DNA of 64,000 bases from assembly GCA_051961435.1 (NCBI GenBank), contig JBQCDH010000027.1:32535-96534 (forward strand), given 5' to 3'. Numbering within the stretch: position 1 is the stretch's first letter; the number at the start of each line of letters is the position of its first letter. This DNA is from Solirubrobacterales bacterium. Its GTDB lineage: Bacteria; Actinomycetota; Thermoleophilia; Solirubrobacterales; 70-9. The position numbers and the translations under genes were made by a program. Below the pieces are notes generated by a model, which was not told where the DNA came from, made no database searches, and worked only from the letters and a program-made list of their open reading frames with translations. Below, one piece after another: positions 43,254 to 52,975 of this stretch.

Positions 43254-43826
43254 TCAGGTGCGCCTGGAGAGTTCTTTGCCGAGGAGAGCCACCGACGTGA
43301 GGGTCCAGCCGGCGAAGATCAGGTCTATGCCGACGAGGAGGCCGATCGCCCAGTCGGCGCTGCTGGGGAACTTGGCCAGCACCAGGATGCCGATCAGCAG
43401 GCCGCAGACGCCGCTGAGGCCGACCCAGCCGGCGTTGGGCTGGCCGCGGGCGATGAAGGCGACGGTGATCCGGGTCACGCCCATGAAGAGGAAATAGATC
43501 CCCAGCACGAAGGTGAGGGTCAGGGTGCCGTTGTGGGGTTCGACGATCAGCCAGAGGCCGACGATCACGGTCAGCACCGCCCACAGCAACCGCAGCAGCA
43601 GGGTCCCCACCGAGTGGGCCGAGAACGCCGCCGCGACCAGAACCGCGCCGACGACCAGCAGCAGCCAGCCGATGAAGATCGCCGTCCCGACCGAGGCGAG
43701 CGCCGGGACCAGGATCGCGATACAGCCGAGGACGATGGCCCCGACCCCGACCGCCATCAGCGCCTTCCAGCTCCGGCTCAGCCCTTCGCGCACTTCGGGA
43801 TCGAGCGACGCTCCACCGATCTCCAT
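43254..43826 (-). CDS. HdeD-family (DUF308) membrane protein
   Basis: 190 aa. Six hydrophobic helices with the repeated G..L.V.G pattern typical of DUF308. Confidence 0.7.
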   Translation of the reverse strand: MEIGGASLDPEVREGLSRSWKALMAVGVGAIVLGCIAILVPALASVGTAIFIGWLLLVVGAVLVAAAFSAHSVGTLLLRLLWAVLTVIVGLWLIVEPHNGTLTLTFVLGIYFLFMGVTRITVAFIARGQPNAGWVGLSGVCGLLIGILVLAKFPSSADWAIGLLVGIDLIFAGWTLTSVALLGKELSRRT

Positions 43827-43873
43827 GACGAAGACAGTAGGTCCCTAGGCGGACGGTAGTCTCAAGTCAACGA

Positions 43874-43946
43874 TCCGGGGTGGTGTAGTCGGATAGCACG
43901 CCTGGTTTTGGTCCAGGAAGCAGGGGTTCAAGTCCTCTCCCCGGAG
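43874..43946 (+). tRNA. tRNA-Gln (anticodon TTG)
   Basis: 73 nt. Acceptor TCCGGGG/CCCCGGA, anticodon arm CCTGG-TTTTGGT-CCAGG, T loop TTCAAGT. Confidence 0.9.
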
Positions 43947-43962
43947 CTGCCGCCGGTTCGAG

Positions 43963-45201
43963 CTACTCCTCCACCGCGCGCCGCACCTTGCCGCCCTTCG
44001 CGCCGGGCTCCAGGGCCGGGCCGCGGGGGGAGGCGATGCCGAGGACGCGCATCGCTTTCAGGCCGAGGCCGAGCTTCTCCCTGCCTTCGGTGCTGGAGAC
44101 GTCGTGGCCGCAGAGCTCGCGGACGCGCTCGAGGCGGTAGCGGATCGTGTGGCGGTGGGTGAAGAGCTGTTTGGCGGTGGCGGCGACGTTGCCGTCGTTG
44201 TCGAGGTAGGCCTCGACCGTCGCCACCAGCTCGGTCTCGTACTGCTCGTCGTAGGCGACGAGGGGCTCGATCGTCTCGGCGTAGAAGCGCTCCAGCTCGC
44301 CCGGGTCCTCGCTCATCGCCGGCAGCAGCAGGCGATAGGCGCCGGTGTCCTCGAAGGCGAGCAGCGCGTGTCCCTCCGCCTCGCCGACGTTGACGGCGAG
44401 GCGCGCCTCGTTCCCCGCCCGGTAGAGGTCGACCGGGTCGGCGCAGCGGCGGCTGCGGCCGGTGGTGAGGTGGAAGCCCGCGAGGCCGTCGTCGAGCTCG
44501 CGCGCCAGCCCGGCGGCGGCGCGCGCCAGCCGCTCGTCGTCCTCGGCGGGGACGATCGCCGATACCTCAGCCGCCTCGCCGCCGTCGCTGGCGGCCAGCG
44601 AGCCGGGCGCCAGCGCCCGCAGCGCCCGCTGCACCAGCACCAGCACGCGCTCCCGCCACTCGCCGCTCTGGGCCGCGCGCGGCGCCGCCCGCACCACGAC
44701 CACGCCGGCGCCGCGGTCGAGGTCGGCGCCGAGCTCAGCCGCGCGGGCGACGATGTCGCCGCGGTCGGTCACCTCGCGCCCCAGCACCGCCGCCACGAAG
44801 GCGCCGGCCGCCTCCTCGCTCTCCCACTCGGGGGAGCGCGAGCGCTCCAGCTCCAGCGCCAGCAGCGTCGTCACCATCCGCGCCAGCGCCGCGTCTGGCG
44901 GCGCCTTTGCCCGGTAGCGCAGCTCGCCGACGACGGTGTCGGCCACCCGCAGCTCGACCGCCGTCACCCCCTCCCCGCCGGAGAGCAGCTTCTGCTCCTG
45001 GTCGGAGGAGGCGCCCGCCACCGCCAGCACCGCGCTGGAGCGGTCGATCAGCGCCACGCTGGCGTCGAGCAGGCGCGCCGCCGCGCGGGCCACCGCGGGC
45101 AGCCCGGCGCCGGACTCGACCGCGTCGGAGAGCGCCTCCAGCAGCGCCGCGCGGTCGGTCTCGGCGGGGCTCACGGCTTCCTTTTCCGAGCTGGCCGGCA
45201 T
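43963..45201 (-). CDS. PucR/CdaR-family transcriptional regulator
   Basis: 412 aa. C-terminal HTH NVAATAKQLFTHRHTIRYRLERVRELCG. Confidence 0.8.
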   Translation of the reverse strand: MPASSEKEAVSPAETDRAALLEALSDAVESGAGLPAVARAAARLLDASVALIDRSSAVLAVAGASSDQEQKLLSGGEGVTAVELRVADTVVGELRYRAKAPPDAALARMVTTLLALELERSRSPEWESEEAAGAFVAAVLGREVTDRGDIVARAAELGADLDRGAGVVVVRAAPRAAQSGEWRERVLVLVQRALRALAPGSLAASDGGEAAEVSAIVPAEDDERLARAAAGLARELDDGLAGFHLTTGRSRRCADPVDLYRAGNEARLAVNVGEAEGHALLAFEDTGAYRLLLPAMSEDPGELERFYAETIEPLVAYDEQYETELVATVEAYLDNDGNVAATAKQLFTHRHTIRYRLERVRELCGHDVSSTEGREKLGLGLKAMRVLGIASPRGPALEPGAKGGKVRRAVEE

Positions 45202-45237
45202 CGGGGCATTATCCCCGCTACGGCGCCGCGCCCCCGG

Positions 45238-45492
45238 CTACCTGCCGTTGATGAAATTGACGATGTCGGTGTAGTAGTAGACGACGATCAGCCCGATCAC
45301 GACCCCGCCCAGCACCAGGGCCGCCAGCACGAAGAGCGAGAGGAAGCCGGCCGCGGCCTTCTCCCAGAGGCGCCCGTAGGAGCTCAGCGCGGGGCTGAGG
45401 ATGAGGGTGACGAAGACGACCAGGCAGATCGCCGCGGCGACCCCGTAGAGCAGGTACTGGTGGTCGATCCTCGCCAGGGCGAAAACGGTCAC
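45238..45492 (-). CDS. small two-TM membrane protein
   Basis: 84 aa. GTG start in a GTGA overlap with the stop of the DedA-PAP2 gene. Corresponds to the hydrophobic tail of the spurious 763-aa track ORF. Confidence 0.5.
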   Translation of the reverse strand: MTVFALARIDHQYLLYGVAAAICLVVFVTLILSPALSSYGRLWEKAAAGFLSLFVLAALVLGGVVIGLIVVYYYTDIVNFINGR

Positions 45493-46982
45493 GGCTCTGG
45501 ATTCTGGCGCACTTGCGAGACGACCAGCCCGACGGCCGCGCAGAAGGAGAAGGCCGCCGCTCCCAGGGCCCAGCCGCCGCTGACGTCGCTGAGGTAGTGG
45601 ACGCCGAGGTAGACGCGGGAGAGCCCGACCAGCGCGGTCAGCGCGATCCCCGCCGTCACCACCGCCGCCGCTCGCGCCATCCCCGGCCGCAGCCGCAGCA
45701 CGATCGTGAACGCCAGCCAGACGTAGATCACCGAGTGGGCGGCGTGGCCGCTGGGATAGGAGAAGCCCGAGGTGGTGACGAGGGGTTCGGGCGGGCGCGG
45801 GCGGGCGACCGCGTCCTTGATCGCGACGATCCCGATCTGGGTGATCGCCATCCCCGCCAGCAGCACCCAGAACTCGGCCCAGCGCCGGCGCCAGGCCAGC
45901 AGCGCCGCGCAGATCGCCGCCAGCCCCCAGGTGAAGCCGCCGCTGCCGAAGAAGGTGACGACCTTGGCGACGCCGGTGAGGAAGTGGGTCTGCAGCTGCC
46001 GGGCGATTTCGGCCGCCGTTTCGTCGCCCGGAGTCGGGCCGGGTTCGGCCCCGACCACGACCGCGTAGGCGATCAGGACGAAGAGGGCGACGGCGAGCGT
46101 CGCCATCAGCGAGGTGAATTCGAGGCCGAAGGTGCCGCCCGGCGTCACCCGGTCCCAGAGGAAGCGGAACTGCGGCTTGCGCCCGAGCACTACCAGCCAG
46201 CGGGTGGCAGCGTGCGCCTCCATCCAGCGCACCGCCGCGGCCCGGTTCTCGGGGACGCGGAAGTGGCGGTAGAGGAAGATCGTGCCGACGACGACCGCGA
46301 TCAGCGTCCCCAGCAGGAAGGCGCCTTTGGCGGCGTACTTGCCGGCGGTCTCGATGCTGCGCGAGAAGAAGTAGCCGATCAGGATGTGGGCGCTGGCCCA
46401 GAGGCCGGTGCCGAGGATGCTGTAGGGGACGAAGGCGCGGTAGCGCATCCCCGAGCTGCCGGCGATGAAGGGGGCGAAGGCGCGGACGAGGCTGATGAAG
46501 CGGCCGATGAAGATCGTCTTGCCGCCGTGGCGGCCGAAGTAGTCCTCGACTTTCTCGAAGCGCTCGTGGCTGATCCCGACGCGCGGTCCGTGCTCGAGGA
46601 CGAAGTTGCGGCCCAGCCGCCGGCCGAGGAAGAAGCTGGTGGTGTCGCCGAGCCAGGCGGCGAACCAGGCGACCGCGATCAGCAGGTAGATGCTGATCGC
46701 GCCCTGGCCGGCGACGGCGCCGCCGAGCAGCATCACCGTCTCGCCGGGGACGACGAGGCCGACGAAGGCGCCGGTCTCGGCGAAGGCGAAGACGCCGACC
46801 AGCAGGTAGGTCCAGGCGCCGAGCGTGTTGGAGAGGTCTTTGAGCAGGCTCTGCAGGTCGAGGTGACCGAGCTCGCGGCTGAGGAAGTAGTAGCCGACCG
46901 CGACGGCCACGGCGACGGTCGCGACGACGATGCGTTTGCGGGTGATCGGGCCCCCGCTCTCCCCCTCTCCGGGCAGTCTCAT
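45489..46982 (-). CDS. DedA (VTT-domain) - PAP2 phosphatase fusion membrane protein
   Basis: 497 aa. DedA-like FAETGAFVGLVVPGETVML...GRFISLVRAF. PAP2 motifs SYPSGHAA and SRVYLGVHYLSDV. Confidence 0.8.
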   Translation of the reverse strand: MRLPGEGESGGPITRKRIVVATVAVAVAVGYYFLSRELGHLDLQSLLKDLSNTLGAWTYLLVGVFAFAETGAFVGLVVPGETVMLLGGAVAGQGAISIYLLIAVAWFAAWLGDTTSFFLGRRLGRNFVLEHGPRVGISHERFEKVEDYFGRHGGKTIFIGRFISLVRAFAPFIAGSSGMRYRAFVPYSILGTGLWASAHILIGYFFSRSIETAGKYAAKGAFLLGTLIAVVVGTIFLYRHFRVPENRAAAVRWMEAHAATRWLVVLGRKPQFRFLWDRVTPGGTFGLEFTSLMATLAVALFVLIAYAVVVGAEPGPTPGDETAAEIARQLQTHFLTGVAKVVTFFGSGGFTWGLAAICAALLAWRRRWAEFWVLLAGMAITQIGIVAIKDAVARPRPPEPLVTTSGFSYPSGHAAHSVIYVWLAFTIVLRLRPGMARAAAVVTAGIALTALVGLSRVYLGVHYLSDVSGGWALGAAAFSFCAAVGLVVSQVRQNPEP

Positions 46983-47818
46983 GGCGCCAGTCTCGCGCTT
47001 CCGGCGGCGCAGACGACGAGGTCGGGGGAGGCGAGGCGCTCGGCCGCGGCCCGGGCCGCGGCCAGGTCGGGAAAGAGGCCGACGGCGGTGGGGCCCGAGC
47101 CGCTGAGGATCGCGATCGGGGCGCCGGCGGCGCCCAGCTCGTCGAGCGCTTCGCCGATGTCCGGCCGCAGCGAGAGCGCCGCCGGTTCGAGGTCGTTGAC
47201 GAGCAGCTCCGGGTAGTCGAGCGGCGAGGCGCCGGCGCCGGCGACCTCGCGCAGGCGCGCGGCCAGCTCGTCGAGCTCCTCCGGTGGCCGGCCGAGGCCG
47301 AGCCGATCGGCCGCGGCGAAGACGGCGGCGGTGCTGAGGCCGCCGCCGCCCGGCAGCAGCACCGCCGCGTGCTCGACCGGGTCCGGCAGCGGGTACACGC
47401 GCTCCCCCGCGCCGCGGACCAGCGCCAGCGCCGGGCGCAGCTGCGAGGGCACGTCAGCCCCCAGCGCCGCCGCCAGCTCGGGCAGGTCGGCCACATCCCC
47501 CGCGGCGAGGCGCAGGATCGCCGCCGCATCGCCGCTGCCGCCGCCGAGGCCGGCCGCGACCGGCACGCGCTTCTCGATCTCGACCCGCAGCGGCCCGCGC
47601 TCCCAGCCGCGCTCGCGCAGGGCGGTCAGCGCCTTCCCCGCCAGGTTCTCGCCCTCGACTCCCGGGCAGATCACCTCGTCGCGCTCGGCCGGAGTGACCT
47701 CGATCAGGTCGGCGAGCGCGAGCGGCTCGAACAGCGAGCAGAGCTCGTGCAGGCCGTCCTCGCGCGGGTGCCCCAGGTAGAGGCAGAGGTTGAGCTTGGC
47801 CGGGGCGTGCAGCAGCAT
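46979..47818 (-). CDS. ispE: 4-diphosphocytidyl-2-C-methyl-D-erythritol kinase
   Basis: 279 aa. APAKLNLCLYL, KRVPVAAGLGGGSGDAA. Confidence 0.9.
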   Translation of the reverse strand: MLLHAPAKLNLCLYLGHPREDGLHELCSLFEPLALADLIEVTPAERDEVICPGVEGENLAGKALTALRERGWERGPLRVEIEKRVPVAAGLGGGSGDAAAILRLAAGDVADLPELAAALGADVPSQLRPALALVRGAGERVYPLPDPVEHAAVLLPGGGGLSTAAVFAAADRLGLGRPPEELDELAARLREVAGAGASPLDYPELLVNDLEPAALSLRPDIGEALDELGAAGAPIAILSGSGPTAVGLFPDLAAARAAAERLASPDLVVCAAGSARLAP

Positions 47819-47827
47819 GGAAAGGTT

Positions 47828-48586
47828 TCAGTCAGGCAGCTTCGCGGAGAGGGCGGCGAATTGCTGCGGCGAGAGGGACTCGGCGCGGGCGTCCTCGGGC
47901 AGGCCCAGCTCGGCGAGCGCCGCGCGGGCGGGGGCGAGGGAGCCCGGCCGCGCGTGCTCGAGCGAGCGCGCCAGCGACTTGCGCCGGTGGGCGAAGGCGG
48001 CGCGGATCAGCTCCCGCGTCCCGGCGTCGGCGCCGGGACCGGTACGTCGCAGGCGCAGAATCGCCGAGTCGACCCGGGGACGCGGCTTGAAGACGGCGGG
48101 GTCGACGGCCCGCAGCATCTCCACCTCGCAGGCGAGCTGGGCGATCGCGCTCGGGCCCCCGTAGGTGCGGTTGCCGGGCTCGGCCCGCAGCCGGTCCGCG
48201 ATCTCGCGCTGCACCATCACCGTCCAGCGCCGCAGCGAGGGCAGCTCCTCGATCGTGCGCAGGACCAGCGGCGTCGCCACCGAGTAGGGGAGGTTGGCGA
48301 CCATCGCCGTCGGCGCTGGCTCGAAGGCGGCGAGGTCGAGCTTCATCGCATCGCCCCAGTGCAGCTCGACGTTCGGCAGCGCCGCGACCGCGGCCAGCGC
48401 CTCCTCCAGCCCGCGGTCGATCTCGACCGTGTGCAGGTGCGCCGCGGCGGCGGCGAGCCGCTCGCTGAGGACGCCTTCGCCGGCGCCCACCTCGAGGACC
48501 ACGTCGCCGGGCGCCAGCTCGGCGTCGCGGACGATCGCCTCGAGCAGGTTGGGGTCGGCGAGGAAGTTCTGGCCGAGGCGGACCAC
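47828..48586 (-). CDS. rsmA: 16S rRNA (adenine1518/1519-N6)-dimethyltransferase
   Basis: 252 aa. LGQNFL, VLEVGAGEGVLS, ANLPY. Confidence 0.9.
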   Translation of the reverse strand: MVRLGQNFLADPNLLEAIVRDAELAPGDVVLEVGAGEGVLSERLAAAAAHLHTVEIDRGLEEALAAVAALPNVELHWGDAMKLDLAAFEPAPTAMVANLPYSVATPLVLRTIEELPSLRRWTVMVQREIADRLRAEPGNRTYGGPSAIAQLACEVEMLRAVDPAVFKPRPRVDSAILRLRRTGPGADAGTRELIRAAFAHRRKSLARSLEHARPGSLAPARAALAELGLPEDARAESLSPQQFAALSAKLPD

Positions 48587-48637
48587 GTGGCTATCCGGCG
48601 CCGCCGGGCGTGCGTGGAGGTTTGCGGATAGTCACCA

Positions 48638-49405
48638 CTACCAGCCGAACAGCGCCCGAGCGTTGGCCTCGACCGTGCGCTCGAGCTCCTCGTAGGAGAC
48701 GCCGCGGACAGCGGCGATCTCCCGCGCGGTCTCGACCACGAAGGCGGGCTGGTTGCGCTTGCCGCGCATCGGCTGCGGCGCGAGGTAGGGCGCGTCGGTC
48801 TCGACCAGGATCCGGTCCTCGGGAACCTTGGCCGCCGCGAAGCGCAGCTCCTTCGCGCTGGGATAGGTGGCGTTGCCCGCGAACGAGCAGTACCAGCCGC
48901 GCTCGGCCGCGTCGCCGACCCGCTGCGGAGCGGAGAAGCAATGGAGGATCACCGGCGCCTCGCCGGCGCGTCGGTCGAGCGTGGCGAAGATCTCGTCGAT
49001 CGCGGAACTCTCGCCCTCCGGGTCGCGGGCGTGGATCACGATCGGCAGGCCCAGCTCGCGGGCGATCTCGATCTGGGCGGCGAAGGCGCGCCGCTGGTCC
49101 TCGGGCGCGGCGGTGTCGCGGTAGAAGTCGAGCCCGGTCTCGCCGATCGCCCGCACCCTCTCGTGGGCGCCGAGCCGGCGGATTTCCTCGGCGGCGGCGT
49201 CGTCGAAGCCGGTGGCCTCGTTCGGGTGCCGCCCGACCGAGGCGAAGACCGCCTCGTGCCGCTCCGCGCTCGCCGCCGCGGCGGCGTTCGTCTCGGAGTT
49301 CATGCCGACCGTCAGCATCCGATCGACCCCGGCATCGGTGGCCGCGGCGACCAGCTCGTCCTCGCCGCCCTCGCAGAGAAAGAGGTGGGTGTGGGAGTCG
49401 ATCAT
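48638..49405 (-). CDS. tatD: TatD-family metal-dependent hydrolase/DNase
   Basis: Start at ATG 49405 (MIDSHTHL). IGETGLDFY, PIVIHARD, ILVETDAPYL. The track ORF is over-extended. Confidence 0.85.
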   Translation of the reverse strand: MIDSHTHLFLCEGGEDELVAAATDAGVDRMLTVGMNSETNAAAAASAERHEAVFASVGRHPNEATGFDDAAAEEIRRLGAHERVRAIGETGLDFYRDTAAPEDQRRAFAAQIEIARELGLPIVIHARDPEGESSAIDEIFATLDRRAGEAPVILHCFSAPQRVGDAAERGWYCSFAGNATYPSAKELRFAAAKVPEDRILVETDAPYLAPQPMRGKRNQPAFVVETAREIAAVRGVSYEELERTVEANARALFGW

Positions 49406-49432
49406 CGGCCGGCCCAGCCTATCCTTCGCCCG

Positions 49433-50587
49433 ATGCCGGACCCCGCCGACCACTACCGCGAGATCTACGCGCGCGGGCTCGGCGGCGAGGCGCCGGCGAT
49501 TCCGGTCGCGGTCGCCGAGCTGGAGCGGGCGGCGGTGGAGGCGATGGACCCGCGCGCCGCCAACTACGTCGGCGCCGGGGCCGGCTCGGAGGCGACGATG
49601 CGGGCGAACCGCGAGGCGTTCGAGCGGCGCCGGATCGTGCCGCGGATGCTGCGCGACGTCGCCGCGCGCGACCTCTCGACGACGATCCTCGGCACCGAGA
49701 TGCCGGCGCCGCTGCTGCTGGCGCCGATCGGCGTGCAGAAGGTCGTCCACGACGAGGGGGAACTGGCCACCGCCCGGGCCGCCGCCGCGGTCGGGGTGCC
49801 GATGATCGCCAGCACCGCCTCCCACTTCCCGCTGGAGCAGATCGCCGAGGCGGGTGGCGAGGCGCCGCGCTGGTTCCAGCTCTACTGGCCCAACGACCCC
49901 GCTCTCGCGCGCAGCCTCGTCGAGCGGGCCGAGCGGGCTGGCTACGGCGCGATCGTCCTCACCGTCGACACCTTCGTCCCCGGCTGGAAGCCGCGCGACC
50001 TGCAGCAGGCCTGGTTGCCCTTCCTGGAAGGCCTGGGCGTGGGCAACTACTTCCAGGACCCCGTGTTCCGCGCGGCGCTGGAGAAGCCGCCGGAGGAGGA
50101 TCCGGGGATGGCGACGGGGCACTTCCTCGGCATCCAGGCCAATCCCGCCCTCGCCTGGGACGACCTCGGCCAGCTGCGCGAGATGACCTCGCTGCCGATC
50201 CTCGTCAAGGGCATCCAGCACGCCGACGACGCTCGCGAGGCGGTGCGCCGCGGCCTCGACGGCATCGTCGTCTCCAACCACGGCGGCCGCCAGGTCGACG
50301 GCGCGATCGGCTCCCTCGACGCCCTGCCGGCGATCGCCGAGGCGGTCGGCGACGAGCTCACGATCCTCTTCGACAGCGGCATCCGCGGCGGCGCCGACGT
50401 GCTGAAGGCGCTCGCCCTCGGCGCCGACGCCGTCTGCCTCGGCCGCCCCTACGTCTGGGGCCTCGCCCTCGACGGACAGGCCGGCGTCGAAGCCGTCCTC
50501 AAGATGGTCCTCGCCGAGTTCGACCTGACGATGGCGCTCTGCGGCCTCACCCGCCCGGAGGAGATCGGGCCGGACCTGGTCGCCTGA
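49433..50587 (+). CDS. FMN-dependent alpha-hydroxy acid oxidase/dehydrogenase (lactate oxidase/monooxygenase-like)
   Basis: Start at ATG 49433. RIVPRMLRDV, LPILVKGI, VSNHGGRQVDG, DSGIRGGADVLKALALGA. Confidence 0.85.
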   Translation: MPDPADHYREIYARGLGGEAPAIPVAVAELERAAVEAMDPRAANYVGAGAGSEATMRANREAFERRRIVPRMLRDVAARDLSTTILGTEMPAPLLLAPIGVQKVVHDEGELATARAAAAVGVPMIASTASHFPLEQIAEAGGEAPRWFQLYWPNDPALARSLVERAERAGYGAIVLTVDTFVPGWKPRDLQQAWLPFLEGLGVGNYFQDPVFRAALEKPPEEDPGMATGHFLGIQANPALAWDDLGQLREMTSLPILVKGIQHADDAREAVRRGLDGIVVSNHGGRQVDGAIGSLDALPAIAEAVGDELTILFDSGIRGGADVLKALALGADAVCLGRPYVWGLALDGQAGVEAVLKMVLAEFDLTMALCGLTRPEEIGPDLVA

Positions 50588-50634
50588 AGAAATCGGTGCG
50601 CCTTATCCCTGTATGGCCGGGAAAAGGCGCACCG

Positions 50635-52134
50635 CTATTCGATCTTCGGGAAGAGGGGCGGCACCCGCTCGACCTTCTGGCCGCCCCCGCGCGAGCCCAG
50701 CTCGGCAAGCCCGCGCCCCTCTTCACCCAGGGCCGCCAGCAGCGTCTCGCCCGTCTGCGGCAGGTAGGGCACGAGCAGCAACGTCGTCACCCGCAGGCCC
50801 TCGACCAGGTTGTAGAGGACTTCGTCGAGGCGCTCGGGATCGGCCTCGTCCTTGGCCAGCTCCCACGGCCGCGTCTCCTCGACGAAGCGGTTGAGGCGGC
50901 GGACCAGCGCCCAGACGAGGTCGAGCGCCTGGGTCAGCTCGGCCCGGTCGAGCAGATCGGCGAAGCGCGTGACGGCGCCTTCGAAGTCCCCGGCGAGGGT
51001 GGCATCGACCTGCGCCGCCGGCACCACGCCGTCGCGGTAGCGGTCGACCATCGCCAGCACCCGGCTGGCGAGGTTGCCGTAGTCGTTGGCGAGCTCGGAC
51101 TCGTAGCGCTGCTCGAAGCCCGCGGTCGAGATCGACCCGTCCTGGCCGAAGCTGACCTCGCGGAAGAGGTAGAAGCGCAGCGCGTCGGCGCCGAAGCGCT
51201 CGATCACCTCGAACGGGTCGAGCACGTTCCCCAGGCTCTTCGACATCTTTTTCTCGCCCATCAACAGGAAGCCGTGGATCACCATCCGCTTCGGCGGCTC
51301 GAGGTCGGCGGCGAAGCAGAGCGCCGGCCAGATCACCGCGTGGAACTTGAGGATGTCCTTCGCCATCACGTGCAGGTCGGCGGGCCAGTAGCGGTCGGTC
51401 AGGTCCTCCCCCTCGCGGGCGAAGCCGAGCGCGGTGACGTAGTTGAGGAGGGCGTCGAACCAGACGTACATCCGCTGCTCGGGGTCCCAGGGCAGCGGCA
51501 GCCCCCACTTCAGGTTCGGCCGCGAGAGCGAGACGTCTTCGAGCCCGCCCCTGATGAACGAGAGCGCCTCGTTGCGGCGGAAGTCGGGGACGACGAAGTC
51601 CGGCCGCTCCTCATACAACCCTTCCAGCTGCGCCTGGAAGTCGGAGAGCTTGAAGAACCAGTTCTCCTCGCGCTCGCGTTCGAGCGGGATCTCGTGAATC
51701 GGGCAGGTGTTGCCCGGCCCCAGCTCGCGCTCGGTTTTGAAGTCGGCGCAGCGCGGGCAGTACCAGCCTTCGTAGACCCCCTTGGTCACCCAGCCGTTGT
51801 CGTAGACGCGCTGCATGACCTGCGCGACCTTCGCTTCGTGCCGCGGATCGGAGGTGCGGATGAAGAAGTCGTTGGTGGCCTCGATCGTCGGCATCAGCCC
51901 CTCGAACTTCGCCGCGTTGGTGTCCGCCAGCTCCTGCGGCGTCACCCCCGCTTTCTTCGCCGCGTTCTCGACCGGCTCCCCGTGCTCGTCGGTGCCGGTG
52001 AGGAAGAAGACGTCGTCCCCGCGCTGGCGGTGGTGCCGAGCCAGCACGTCGGCGGCCATCGTCGAGTACGCGTGCCCCAGGTGCGGCTCCGCGTTGACGT
52101 AGTAGATGGGGGTGGTTACGTAGAACTTTTCCAC
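50635..52134 (-). CDS. metG: methionine--tRNA ligase
   Basis: 499 aa. TTPIYYVNAEPHLGHAY (HIGH) and KMSKSLGN (KMSKS). Confidence 0.95.
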   Translation of the reverse strand: MEKFYVTTPIYYVNAEPHLGHAYSTMAADVLARHHRQRGDDVFFLTGTDEHGEPVENAAKKAGVTPQELADTNAAKFEGLMPTIEATNDFFIRTSDPRHEAKVAQVMQRVYDNGWVTKGVYEGWYCPRCADFKTERELGPGNTCPIHEIPLEREREENWFFKLSDFQAQLEGLYEERPDFVVPDFRRNEALSFIRGGLEDVSLSRPNLKWGLPLPWDPEQRMYVWFDALLNYVTALGFAREGEDLTDRYWPADLHVMAKDILKFHAVIWPALCFAADLEPPKRMVIHGFLLMGEKKMSKSLGNVLDPFEVIERFGADALRFYLFREVSFGQDGSISTAGFEQRYESELANDYGNLASRVLAMVDRYRDGVVPAAQVDATLAGDFEGAVTRFADLLDRAELTQALDLVWALVRRLNRFVEETRPWELAKDEADPERLDEVLYNLVEGLRVTTLLLVPYLPQTGETLLAALGEEGRGLAELGSRGGGQKVERVPPLFPKIE

Positions 52135-52147
52135 TGAACCACGCAGG

Positions 52148-52975
52148 CTATCTGCGCGCCTCGCGGCCCGTCAGCGCTTTGTAGAGGTCGTTGGCGCGGG
52201 TCCCGGTGAGGGCGGCGACGACGGAAGCGGCGGCGCGGGGGCGGGCGCCGGACTGGACGAGGTGGCGGAGGGCGTCGACGGCGAAGCCGACGTCTTTGTC
52301 GTGCTCGGCGGAGGCGGCGGGAGCGATGACGAGGACGATCTCGCCCTTGACGTCGCCCCGGAAGCGGCGGGCGAGCTCGCCGAGGCTGCCGCGCGCGACC
52401 TCCTCGTGGACCTTGGTCAGCTCGCGGCAGACGGCGGCCTGGCGGTCGGGGGCGAGCGAGGCCAGCGCCGCCAGCGACTCGCCCACCCGGCGCGGCGACT
52501 CGAAGGCGATCACCGTCTCGGCCGAGCGCAGCACCCGCTCCATCTCCCCCGCCCGCCGCGGCAGGAAGCCCTCGAAGCGCCAGCGGTCGGTCGGCAGCCC
52601 GGAGGCGACCAGCGCCACCGGCACGACCGAGGGGCCCGGCAGCACCGTCACCTCCAGGTCGCGGTCGATGCAGCGGCGGATCAGCTTGTAGCCAGGGTCG
52701 GAGATCGCCGGCATCCCCGCGTCGGAGACGAGGGCGACGACGTCGCCGCGCTCGATCCGCTGCGCCAGCTCCAGCGCCCGCTGGCTTTCGTTGCCCTCGT
52801 GGAAGGAGACGAGCCGCGGCGCCGGCCGGATCCGCAGGCGGTCGAGCAGGGCCCCGGTCTTGCGCGTGTCCTCGCAGGCGACGAAGTCGGCGCTGACCAG
52901 CGCTTCGCGGACCCGCGGGGAGACGTCGTCGATGTTGCCGATCGGGGTGGGACAGACGACGAGGCAGCCCGGCAT
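52148..52975 (-). CDS. rsmI: 16S rRNA (cytidine1402-2'-O)-methyltransferase
   Basis: 275 aa. LVVCPTPIGNIDD, CEDTRKTG, SDAGMPAISDPG. Confidence 0.9.
   Translation of the reverse strand: MPGCLVVCPTPIGNIDDVSPRVREALVSADFVACEDTRKTGALLDRLRIRPAPRLVSFHEGNESQRALELAQRIERGDVVALVSDAGMPAISDPGYKLIRRCIDRDLEVTVLPGPSVVPVALVASGLPTDRWRFEGFLPRRAGEMERVLRSAETVIAFESPRRVGESLAALASLAPDRQAAVCRELTKVHEEVARGSLGELARRFRGDVKGEIVLVIAPAASAEHDKDVGFAVDALRHLVQSGARPRAAASVVAALTGTRANDLYKALTGREARR

Noticed and set aside
43002-43497. Small ORFs 43002..43217 (minus) and 43180..43497 (plus) encoding ...EHPAQ... peptides
   Set aside because: They are translations of hairpin repeat copies B and C. The peptide similarity to the membrane-protein segment is a consequence of the DNA repeat, not evidence for genes.
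48610-52137. 1175-aa plus-strand ORF spanning tatD, the oxidase gene and metG
   Set aside because: The translation is extremely Arg/Pro/Gly-rich. It overlaps three genes with clear family motifs in other frames or on the other strand.
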